DNA of 64,000 nt from Sulfurimonadaceae bacterium (GTDB lineage: Bacteria; Campylobacterota; Campylobacteria; Campylobacterales; Sulfurimonadaceae): NCBI GenBank assembly GCA_041572615.1, contig JBFFSC010000001.1, positions 6,050-70,049 on the forward strand, in the 5' to 3' direction. The notes beneath the pieces are model-generated. The model searched no databases. It was not told the DNA's origin and saw nothing but the letters and a program-made list of their open reading frames with translations. Below are positions 20,167-28,735 of this stretch, piece after piece; within the stretch, counting starts at the first letter, position 1, and each line of letters opens with the position of its first letter. The translations under genes and the position numbers were made by a program.

Positions 20167-21287
20167 GGTTCTCACTCTTCTTCTTAGCCTTTATAGGAGT
20201 AATGGCACTTTTAAACCTCTACGTCTATAAACGCTTTTTCAAGAAGCTCCACCCTCCTTTTAACAACTATGCCTTTCTTATCCCATCTGTTTTGATGATC
20301 GGAGAGATACTCTTTGTACTTGAGGCGATGCTGCATCTTTTCAAAGAGACCCCAACTCTCTATTTTCTGCTTTCAGCCTCTATCGGCGTTACCTTTCTCC
20401 TCTTTGTCACAGCCCTAATCTATGACCTTAACCTCTCTGTGTTCAAACGTGTACCTTATCAGGAAAGCCGTCGAAAGTTTATCAAGATAGTCTTTGACAC
20501 CACCATGCTGATTTTGGCTTTCAGCTACCTCTTTAAAGGTATAAAAGGCGGTCTTTCCGATCCTGTACTGAACACGATCCATACCAAGATCGATGGTTTT
20601 GGCAATGATGAATACACACTTATTCAACTTAGTGATCTCCATGTAGGAAGGACTATCAAAAAGACCTTTGTCGAAGCCCTTGTACGTCGGGTCAATGCCC
20701 AAGGGCCAGATCTTGTTGTCATAACCGGAGACCTCATAGACCATGACCTCGATACCATCATAGATGATCTTGCTCCCTTACAAAACATCGCGGCACCATC
20801 TTACTTTATTTTGGGCAATCATGAATATTTTCATGGAGCCAGAGAGATCATCAAGCATATCGATACACTTGGTATCAGAGTCCTGCTTAATGAAAACGTC
20901 CAGATCGATGATAAAGGAGTACGCTTTAACCTTGTGGGGATGACTGATATTATGGGTGAACGCATCGGTCAATACCCAATGGATATCGAAAAATCATATA
21001 AAGGGATAGATCCGAGCCTGCCGACTATTGTCCTCGCGCACCAGCCCAAAACGATTCTAAGACTCAAGGAAAGGCAATGCGACCTGATGTTAAGCGGCCA
21101 TACCCATGGCGGACAGATTTTTCCTTTTGGTCTCTTGGTGATGATCGACCAGCCCTATCTCAGCGGTCTCTACCAGCACTCACCGCAACAGCAGATCTAT
21201 GTCAGTCGCGGTGCGGGTTACTGGGGACCTCCTATTCGTGTGCTTGCACCAAGCGAGATATCCAAGATCGTTATCCGGGGTGCCTAA
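20163..21287 (+). CDS. membrane-anchored metallophosphoesterase (YkuE-like)
   Basis: Several N-terminal TM helices. Calcineurin-like motifs LSDLHVGR, ITGDLIDH, GNHEY and SGHTHGGQ. ATGA overlap with the upstream gene. Confidence 0.85.
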   Translation: MRFSLFFLAFIGVMALLNLYVYKRFFKKLHPPFNNYAFLIPSVLMIGEILFVLEAMLHLFKETPTLYFLLSASIGVTFLLFVTALIYDLNLSVFKRVPYQESRRKFIKIVFDTTMLILAFSYLFKGIKGGLSDPVLNTIHTKIDGFGNDEYTLIQLSDLHVGRTIKKTFVEALVRRVNAQGPDLVVITGDLIDHDLDTIIDDLAPLQNIAAPSYFILGNHEYFHGAREIIKHIDTLGIRVLLNENVQIDDKGVRFNLVGMTDIMGERIGQYPMDIEKSYKGIDPSLPTIVLAHQPKTILRLKERQCDLMLSGHTHGGQIFPFGLLVMIDQPYLSGLYQHSPQQQIYVSRGAGYWGPPIRVLAPSEISKIVIRGA

Positions 21288-21937
21288 TGAGAGTTCTCAT
21301 CCTCTTTCTTATTGCCTTCGACCTTTATGCCATCTCTATCATTGACAGGCCTATCATCTTTGATGAACACCGTATCAATCTCACACAGGACTACATCAAA
21401 AAACGCTATGACCTTGATGTCAATAACATCAGGATAACGCCGCGTATGATCGTTATACACTGGACGACGAAGAATGATCTAAACGAGTCCATACAGTGTT
21501 TTAAAAACCCGACTCTCGCTTCCACAAGACCTGATATCAAAGACGCCTCGCCTTTGAACGTTTCTGCCCATTTTCTTATTGACAGAGACGGGTGTATCTA
21601 CAGACTGATGGATGAAACACTCATGGCAAGACATGTCATCGGTCTTAATTATTACTCAATCGGTATCGAAAACGTAGGAGGAAAGAACAGTCAAAACAAT
21701 CTCACTCCGGCACAGCTCAATGCCAATGTAGAACTGGTTGCCTACCTTAAAGAGAAATATGCCACGATCGAATACCTGATCGGCCATCACGAATACACTG
21801 ACTTTTCCGAGCACTATCTCTGGCTTGAGAAAGACAGATCCTACCGAACTATTAAATATGATCCTGGTGAGACCTTTATGCATAAAATCCGTCAAAACTT
21901 TCCGGATCTGAAGGGGTCTATAAAGGTGCATCATTGA
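21287..21937 (+). CDS. N-acetylmuramoyl-L-alanine amidase (Amidase_2 / AmpD-PGRP fold), membrane-anchored or secreted
   Basis: The start ATG overlaps the upstream TAA (TAATG). Hydrophobic N-terminus, then IVIHWT, SAHFLIDRDGCIYRL, SIGIENVG and GHHEY motifs. Confidence 0.8.
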   Translation: MRVLILFLIAFDLYAISIIDRPIIFDEHRINLTQDYIKKRYDLDVNNIRITPRMIVIHWTTKNDLNESIQCFKNPTLASTRPDIKDASPLNVSAHFLIDRDGCIYRLMDETLMARHVIGLNYYSIGIENVGGKNSQNNLTPAQLNANVELVAYLKEKYATIEYLIGHHEYTDFSEHYLWLEKDRSYRTIKYDPGETFMHKIRQNFPDLKGSIKVHH

Positions 21938-23070
21938 TAACACAGCCTTTTGTCTACCTTGTAGTCCTTGCTCTTATGGCTGCATCCGCTTTGCTCTTAT
22001 CCAGACAACGCTATACCTTACTGCAGTACATACCGCCTATTGTCTTACTATACCTTGGCGTAATGCTTATAAGTTCCTGGGGAATTTTTGAGAAGAATAA
22101 TGCCATAACACAAAGCTACCTTACGCTTAAAAGCAACTTGTTGCCTGCGATGCTGTTTTTAATGCTGCTGCCCAACAGGATAACGACGCTCTCCAAACTT
22201 GGTCCCAAGATGCTGCTTACCTTTTTTCTTGCCAGTTTGAGCCTCTTTCTTGCCTTTATCCTCTGTTTTATTCTCTTTGGACTTGGCTATGACGAGATCT
22301 CTATATTGGCTCCGCTTGCCGGTTCCTGGATGGGAGGGACAGCAAATATGTTGGCCGTATCCTCTTTTCTTGAAAGCAGTGAGGAAGCTGTCGGAATCAT
22401 CATGCTTATCGACTCCGTCGATTATAGCCTCTGGGTCATGTTACTGCTCCTGCTTGTTCCCTATGCATCAAGGTTCAACAACTATACCAAGGCAGTTGAT
22501 CCGGTAGAGGATATCAGCATTGACGACCGGTGCGCTTTGAATTTTTCTTATCGCGCCTATATCTGGCTCCTATTTTCTGCCATCGCCGTTTCACTCTTTG
22601 CTCAGCTCAGCGGCCTTTTCTTGTCAAAGTTACTTTTTGGCAGTGTAACTGCTTGGTCCGTCATACTGGCTACACTTGCCGGTATATTTTTTTCATTTAC
22701 ACCCCTTTCAACGATCAGAGGGCTTCAGTCGACAGCCAATGCCATGCTCTACTTGCTTATCGCACTTATCGCATCCAGGGCTGTCATTCATTTTGATACG
22801 GAACTGCTCTTATACATTGCCTTGGGTATGAGTATACTGTTGATCCATGCACTTCTTATGCTTCTTTTTGCGAAGTTCTTCAAACTGGACCTCTTCAGCA
22901 TTTCAGTAGCCTCACTTGCAAATGTCGGTGGTATCGCATCAGCTCCTATTCTTTCGGCTGCCTATGCACAAAGCCTTGTCGGTGTCGGCGTTATCATGGC
23001 GACACTGGGTTATGTGATAGGAACCTTTGTGGCCTTGATGTTGACAGAGGTACTGCGGTGGCTTGCATGA
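21934..23070 (+). CDS. DUF819-like polytopic membrane protein (putative transporter)
   Basis: 378 aa with about 10-12 TM helices. TTG start overlapping the amidase stop (TTGA); the alternative ATG is at 21976. The family call is by size and topology only. Confidence 0.55.
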   Translation: MITQPFVYLVVLALMAASALLLSRQRYTLLQYIPPIVLLYLGVMLISSWGIFEKNNAITQSYLTLKSNLLPAMLFLMLLPNRITTLSKLGPKMLLTFFLASLSLFLAFILCFILFGLGYDEISILAPLAGSWMGGTANMLAVSSFLESSEEAVGIIMLIDSVDYSLWVMLLLLLVPYASRFNNYTKAVDPVEDISIDDRCALNFSYRAYIWLLFSAIAVSLFAQLSGLFLSKLLFGSVTAWSVILATLAGIFFSFTPLSTIRGLQSTANAMLYLLIALIASRAVIHFDTELLLYIALGMSILLIHALLMLLFAKFFKLDLFSISVASLANVGGIASAPILSAAYAQSLVGVGVIMATLGYVIGTFVALMLTEVLRWLA

Positions 23071-24149
23071 GAATAACCGGTTTTGAGATCGCACGACTTT
23101 CAATCTCGCTTAAAAAGCCTTTTATTACCGCGCTTAGACGTGTCGATGCCATCGATGACATCATCATCAAGATCCACACCGACAGTGAACATGTCGGATA
23201 TGCAGAAGCCTGTGCGGTGACAGCGATAACCGGTACTACCAATGAGAAGATCATCAATGAACTGACTGAGAGCGTCTTTCCGATGTTGATAGACACCACC
23301 ATAGAAGCTGAGGATATGTTTAAAAAACTCTACGCGATACCTGTCAGCTCTGAAACAAAAGCCTGTGTTGACATTGCCCTCTTTGACCTTTTGGCAAAGC
23401 AGGCAAAACTGAGCCTTCACCGCTACCTCGGTGCACGTCATTCCCAATTACAAACCGACCTGACAATTTCCGTCAATGAACCGCTGGTGATGCAAAACGA
23501 CACCCTGGATGCTCTTTCCAAGGGGTTTAATGTCCTCAAAATAAAGCTAGACCGGGATATTGATAAAAACATCGAACGCTTGGCAAGAATCAACGAAGTC
23601 CTCTCCGATCAACACAGACTTCGCCTGGACCCAAACCAGTCACTTAGTTATGAGGGCTGCATCAGGATGATAGCATCCATAAGAACAGACAACATCGAAT
23701 GCATCGAACAGCCATTTCCTGCTGATGACCTTGTCTCGATGAAAAGACTTAAAGAGAACTCCCCGCTCTCACTTTTAGCCGATGAGTCCATATTCGACAG
23801 TCATGATGCACAAAGACTCCTCGATGACAAAGCTGTTGACATGCTGAATATAAAACTGATGAAATGCGGTGGTCTGTACGAAGCACTGAAAATCTCAAAG
23901 TTAGCTGCCCGCTATGACAAACAGTGCATGATAGGTTCAATGCTTGAAGGTCCCATAAGCCTTTTAGCAGCTGTTCATTTTGGACTTTCACAACAGAATA
24001 TCTCCATGGCAGATCTTGACTCACCCCTGTATCTGCAAGAGCACCCACTACTTCAGCCTTTTCATCTCCATCATGATATGATAAAAGTCGATGAAAACAT
24101 CGGTCTGGGAATCGATGCTATTATGGAAAGCCTTGATCTTTTCAGCTGA
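23067..24149 (+). CDS. dipeptide epimerase (L-Ala-D/L-Glu epimerase type, enolase superfamily)
   Basis: MLE-subgroup motifs: KIKLD, LRLDPNQS, IEQPF, LADES, NIKLMKCGG. ATGA overlap with the upstream gene. Confidence 0.8.
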   Translation: MRITGFEIARLSISLKKPFITALRRVDAIDDIIIKIHTDSEHVGYAEACAVTAITGTTNEKIINELTESVFPMLIDTTIEAEDMFKKLYAIPVSSETKACVDIALFDLLAKQAKLSLHRYLGARHSQLQTDLTISVNEPLVMQNDTLDALSKGFNVLKIKLDRDIDKNIERLARINEVLSDQHRLRLDPNQSLSYEGCIRMIASIRTDNIECIEQPFPADDLVSMKRLKENSPLSLLADESIFDSHDAQRLLDDKAVDMLNIKLMKCGGLYEALKISKLAARYDKQCMIGSMLEGPISLLAAVHFGLSQQNISMADLDSPLYLQEHPLLQPFHLHHDMIKVDENIGLGIDAIMESLDLFS

Positions 24150-24151
24150 CT

Positions 24152-25399
24152 TTATGCACCCAGAGAGACCTTGGCAAATTCGGTTGATGCCTGAATATTA
24201 GAAAGCATCATCTGTTCTAACTCCTGCGTATTCAAAGCGTGCTTTTCTACAAAGGCATCTATTTTCTTCGTTTCAAACTTCTCGATAGAAATGACGATAC
24301 TATAGAGTTCTCCCAAGATCCCATCTTGTTTGAACAGGGCATCTTTAACACGTTCTTCCACATAAAACTCATTAATGATGTCTTCCAAAGGCATATGCAA
24401 AAGGGTGTCCATAAGCGAGAAGACACCCACAAAATAGGCTTCACTCTGTTCTTGCATCGTACAGTTCTTCTTGACCATCTTGAGCAGTGAGACCATCAGG
24501 TCAGTACGGTGTTTAACCATCAGGATTAATGGGTCATCAAAACTTCCCTTGTTCGAGAGTGTTTTTGAGTATAGCAGCAGCATCAACCATTGGTTCAAGG
24601 AATTTCTTCCCAAAAGTGTAATAACCTGCTGAATTGAAGAGATAGGGCTTTTAAAATGAAAGGCTGCCGAGTTCATAAAACGTAACAACTGCAATGTGAG
24701 ACTTGGGCTTTGCTCAAATGACTCGACGATCTCACTGGTATCACCGCCTGTCTGTAAAAGATTGCAGAGTTTGAAAAGTGATGCCTGGTCTGCATCAAAC
24801 TTCTTGTTCTGAATGATCTTTGGTTCAGCGAAATAATAGCCCTGAAAGGCATCAAACTTCTGCTGTTTACATGTCTCAAATACAGATTCTGTCTCCACCT
24901 TGCTTGCAATAGCCTCTATCTCATGCATATGCAGTGTACGCACTATTTTCCCCATATGTTCCTGCTCAAAACTGGAAGTATCGACTTTACAGTAGCTAAG
25001 ATAGGGAAAAATCTTCTTATACTCGGAAAGGTGCCCATAATCTGATGCATCCAGGCAGAAACGGTAGCCTTTTTTATGTAAAACCTCTACACGCTCCACC
25101 GTAAGGTCATCCAGATTGCTACTGCTTGTGATTTCAAAGACAAATGTCTTGGAAGGAATAGTATCAACGATTTCATGACGCAGAAAACGGTCATCGATAT
25201 TGACAAATGCCAATGCATTGCCGACGACATTTTGAAGACCGGCCTGATTTAATACATTGACCAGAAGTGCTGCTGTTGCATGACGTTGATTTGCATAGGC
25301 TGCGCTACGTTCGCTATCACGGTACAACAGTTCATAGCCCATGATCTTCTGCTGTTTGTCTAAGATCGGTTGTCTGGCAAGGTAGAAATTTGTCGACAT
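24152..25399 (-). CDS. EAL + HDOD domain signalling protein (c-di-GMP phosphodiesterase-like)
   Basis: N-terminal LARQPILDKQQKIMGYELLYR (EAL-type start). C-terminal HDOD-like LLRFMNSAAFHFKSPISSIQQVITLLG. Confidence 0.8.
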   Translation of the reverse strand: MSTNFYLARQPILDKQQKIMGYELLYRDSERSAAYANQRHATAALLVNVLNQAGLQNVVGNALAFVNIDDRFLRHEIVDTIPSKTFVFEITSSSNLDDLTVERVEVLHKKGYRFCLDASDYGHLSEYKKIFPYLSYCKVDTSSFEQEHMGKIVRTLHMHEIEAIASKVETESVFETCKQQKFDAFQGYYFAEPKIIQNKKFDADQASLFKLCNLLQTGGDTSEIVESFEQSPSLTLQLLRFMNSAAFHFKSPISSIQQVITLLGRNSLNQWLMLLLYSKTLSNKGSFDDPLILMVKHRTDLMVSLLKMVKKNCTMQEQSEAYFVGVFSLMDTLLHMPLEDIINEFYVEERVKDALFKQDGILGELYSIVISIEKFETKKIDAFVEKHALNTQELEQMMLSNIQASTEFAKVSLGA

Positions 25400-25504
25400 T
25401 CAATGTACCTTTATAAATCTTAAACAATAATAGTCATATCCACATTTAAAAAGACTTAATTCAGCTGTCACAGGCGGCAATTAAAGCTCTTTTACGGTAA
25501 AAAT

Positions 25505-26371
25505 TCAACCTTTGATTATTTTCACCACGCTCTTTTCTATTATCAATACGGTAAAACCGATAACAACACCTGTCATCAACTCAGCCAAAAGCATCGGCAT
25601 AAAGTCCAATAATTCATGCAATTCATGAAGGTTATGAATAAAAATCCCCCCTGCCACAAGAAGCATTGCTGCTGTACCGACGAAACTCAATAGCTTGATG
25701 AGTTTTGGCAAAGCAGAAACCATAGCCTTTCCGAGCACGCGTAAACCTCTCTTTTCTCCGCCTGCTATCTCTATCATCTTAAGCCCGATATCATCCATCC
25801 GTACCAAAAGTGCGACAAAACCATAGACACCGATGGTCGCTATAACTGCAATAAAAGAGACAACGATAACCTGTATCGGTAAAGACTTTTCAAGCACGGT
25901 CCCTAATGCAATGACGATGATCTCGATGGACAGGATAAGGTCTGTCAAAATAGCAGACTTTACCTTCTTGGCCTCGTACTCCATAAATTCTTCTTCAGAC
26001 AGTGAGTCAGCGCGTTCCTTGATACTTGCGTGAGGAACAAAATACTCATATATTTTCTCAGCTCCCTCAAAGGCCAGATAAAGACCACCCAACATGAGTA
26101 TAGGGATAATGATCCATGGTGCAAAGGCACTCAATAAAAATGCGATAGGCAGGACAATCAGTTTATTTCTGAAAGAACCTTTAGTAATAGCCCACAGGAC
26201 AGGAAGCTCACGTGAAGCAGAAAACCCTGATGCCTTCTCTGCGCCGACAGCAAGGTCATCACCGAGAACACCGGCCGTCTTCTTCGTCGCAATTTTACTC
26301 ATAGCCGCGGCATCGTCCAAAAGCAGTGCAATATCATCAAATACTGCGAAAAAACCTGTTGCCATACTCAC
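25505..26371 (-). CDS. DUF808 (YedI-like) inner-membrane protein
   Basis: N-terminal FFAVFDDIALLLDDAAAMSKIATKKTAGVLGDDLAV followed by TM helices, as I recall for DUF808/YedI. Confidence 0.65.
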   Translation of the reverse strand: MSMATGFFAVFDDIALLLDDAAAMSKIATKKTAGVLGDDLAVGAEKASGFSASRELPVLWAITKGSFRNKLIVLPIAFLLSAFAPWIIIPILMLGGLYLAFEGAEKIYEYFVPHASIKERADSLSEEEFMEYEAKKVKSAILTDLILSIEIIVIALGTVLEKSLPIQVIVVSFIAVIATIGVYGFVALLVRMDDIGLKMIEIAGGEKRGLRVLGKAMVSALPKLIKLLSFVGTAAMLLVAGGIFIHNLHELHELLDFMPMLLAELMTGVVIGFTVLIIEKSVVKIIKG

Positions 26372-26451
26372 CCTTTATGCATTAAATGAGTGTATTTTAG
26401 CAAAAAACACAAGTTCTCCATGTGTGTGAAGCATCTCTTTGCATTAGTATC

Positions 26452-26475
26452 TAACCGACAAATTAGGACTATTAA
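26452..26475 (+). promoter_or_regulatory. copy of conserved 24-nt box (TAACCGACAAATTAGGACTATTAA) upstream of the BLUF gene
   Basis: 19/24 identical to the copy at 54573. TATACT at 26493 follows after a 17-nt spacer. 66 nt before ATG 26541. Confidence 0.4.
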
Positions 26476-26540
26476 ACCGTATAAAAAATAGATATACTAA
26501 ACAATAGAGAAATATGAACAAAGATGTATAGAGGTCTGTA

Positions 26541-26939
26541 ATGATACGGTTGATCTATGTAAGTCAGGCAAACGATATTGATTTCAACGAGACAAAAGCC
26601 ATCCTCGATGTCTCCTTCAAGCATAACAAAGACAATAGCATCACAGGGGTATTGGTCTATGGTCAGAACTATTTTATCCAGTGCCTTGAAGGTAGCAAGG
26701 AACAGGTAGAGGCCCTCTATAGAAAAATCATTTTAGACCAGCGGCATGACCATATCGAACTGATCAGTAAAGAGGAGATTCAAGACCGCTATTTTGATGA
26801 CTGGCATTTGTCTTTAATGAACAAACATGCCTATAACGATATCATACAGAGACATTCAAACAGTGGTGTTTTCAACCCTTATACGATGCGCCCTGAACAG
26901 CTTATCAAGATACTTGATGAACTCTCAAGGGTTGTTTGA
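26541..26939 (+). CDS. short BLUF-domain blue-light photoreceptor
   Basis: LIYVS (Tyr), GVLVYGQNYFIQCLEG (Gln) and DDWHLSLM (Trp/Met) match the BLUF photocycle residues. 132 aa with no output domain. Confidence 0.85.
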   Translation: MIRLIYVSQANDIDFNETKAILDVSFKHNKDNSITGVLVYGQNYFIQCLEGSKEQVEALYRKIILDQRHDHIELISKEEIQDRYFDDWHLSLMNKHAYNDIIQRHSNSGVFNPYTMRPEQLIKILDELSRVV

Positions 26940-26966
26940 TTATAAAACTCAATACAGGAGTATACA

Positions 26967-27785
26967 ATGAAAGTTGCATTAACAGGAGCCAGTGGTTTCG
27001 TAGGAACAGCTCTGCAAGAGTCCTTTAATAACTGTACTGTCATCTCACGTCATGATGATCACTCAAGCATGCTCAAAAAACTCAAAGATACCGATATTGT
27101 GATCAATCTTGCAGGGGCACCCATCATCAAACGGTGGAGTGATCCCTACAAGCAGACACTTTTAAAAAGCAGGATAGAGACAACACGCGAACTTGTCAAA
27201 GCTGTCAATCAAAGCAATGTCAAGCATTTTATATCAACCTCTGCTATTGGGGTCTATCCCGATGATCTTCCTTGTGATGAGTCCAGCACAAAGATCTCAA
27301 ATGATTTTTTAGGTGAACTCGCTTACCAGTGGGAGCAGGAAGCTCTGCTATGTGACAAACCGACAACTATCCTTCGTTTTGGCGTTGTCCTGGGAAAAGG
27401 TGGAGGCGCACTTGCCCAGATGCTGACACCTTTTCGTCTCGGGCTGGGAGGCACCATTGGAAATGGGGATATGATGACGAGCTGGATACATATCGAAGAC
27501 CTTGTTCGTATCTATCGTTTTGTTATAGACAACAAACTTACAGGTATCTTCAATGCCGTATCTCCAACTCCTGTAACTAACTATACTCTAACAAAAGCCC
27601 TTGGTAAAGCCTTGCACAGGCCAACCATCCTGCCTATCCCAAAGTTTGTCTTGAACATCATGTACGGTGAAGCGGCATCCGTCTTGACAGGCTCTAAAGA
27701 GGTCTATCCCAAAGCACTACTTGATGCTGGATTTGTCTTTTCACATCATAATATCTCTGATGCTCTCAAGGATATTTTAAAATGA
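26967..27785 (+). CDS. NAD-dependent epimerase family protein, TIGR01777/YfcH-like
   Basis: N-terminal LTGASGFVG Rossmann motif. C-terminal DUF1731-like region. 272 aa. Confidence 0.75.
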   Translation: MKVALTGASGFVGTALQESFNNCTVISRHDDHSSMLKKLKDTDIVINLAGAPIIKRWSDPYKQTLLKSRIETTRELVKAVNQSNVKHFISTSAIGVYPDDLPCDESSTKISNDFLGELAYQWEQEALLCDKPTTILRFGVVLGKGGGALAQMLTPFRLGLGGTIGNGDMMTSWIHIEDLVRIYRFVIDNKLTGIFNAVSPTPVTNYTLTKALGKALHRPTILPIPKFVLNIMYGEAASVLTGSKEVYPKALLDAGFVFSHHNISDALKDILK

Positions 27786-28735
27786 AAATTGCCGTTTCAT
27801 CCTGTCTTTTGGGAAACAGAGTCCGTTTTGACAGTGGACATAAACATGACCATTTTATCACCGATGAGCTCAGCCGATATGCCCAGTTTATCCCTTTTTG
27901 TCCTGAAGACCTTGCCTTTGGAAGTCCAAGAGCCTCAGTGAGGATGGTACACGATAAACAAAACACGATTATCATTCAGTCCAACAAAGACGGCTCAGAC
28001 CTAACGTCCACGCTTCTGCAGGCTGCACATGATGATCTTGACCGGATAAAAAACGAGCCTCTGTGCGGTATCATCTTCAAATCAAAATCACCAAGCTGCG
28101 GTCTTAAAAGTGCCAAAGCCTATCTGCCCAATGGTTTTGCGGAGGGGAAAGAAGACGGAATTTTCGCGCGTTTATGCAAGGAGCATTTCCCTCTTTTACC
28201 GATGGAGGAAGAGGGACGATTAAATGATCCCTGGCTGAGAGAGAACTTTATCATGCAACTCTTTGCCTATGATGATTTTGAACAGTTAAAACATTCCTAT
28301 AACGGCATCAAGTCATTAGTGGATTTTCACCAATCCTATAAATTCATGCTGCAGTCAAAAGATGAGATCAATTATCGAAGGCTTGGCCGGCTCATCGGCA
28401 CACATGACAAAAAGAATGCAGAGCACATCTTTAAAGAGTATGAATATCTCTTTAAAAAGACCATCTCATATAAAAGCAGCATCGGCAAGACGCGTAATGT
28501 TCTGGAACATATGGCTGGTTTTGTGAAAAACGATCTTTTGGATGTTGAAAAGCAGACACTGCATGAACAGATCAAAGACTATGCTGCAAAGATAATACCA
28601 CTTATCACCCCGCTGAGCACACTCTATATGTTTGCCCATAAATATAATGCGACATATATACTCGGTCAAAAGTTTTTACAGCCTTACCCTAAAGAGTTAG
28701 CCCTGCGCTCTCATATCAATAGTGTGAAGCCATGA
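27782..28735 (+). CDS. ybgA: YbgA-type DUF523 + DUF1722 protein
   Basis: IAVSSCLLGNRVRFDSGHK (DUF523) plus a helical C-terminal half. It sits directly upstream of, and overlaps, the photolyase gene, as in the E. coli ybgA-phr operon. Confidence 0.8.
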   Translation: MKIAVSSCLLGNRVRFDSGHKHDHFITDELSRYAQFIPFCPEDLAFGSPRASVRMVHDKQNTIIIQSNKDGSDLTSTLLQAAHDDLDRIKNEPLCGIIFKSKSPSCGLKSAKAYLPNGFAEGKEDGIFARLCKEHFPLLPMEEEGRLNDPWLRENFIMQLFAYDDFEQLKHSYNGIKSLVDFHQSYKFMLQSKDEINYRRLGRLIGTHDKKNAEHIFKEYEYLFKKTISYKSSIGKTRNVLEHMAGFVKNDLLDVEKQTLHEQIKDYAAKIIPLITPLSTLYMFAHKYNATYILGQKFLQPYPKELALRSHINSVKP

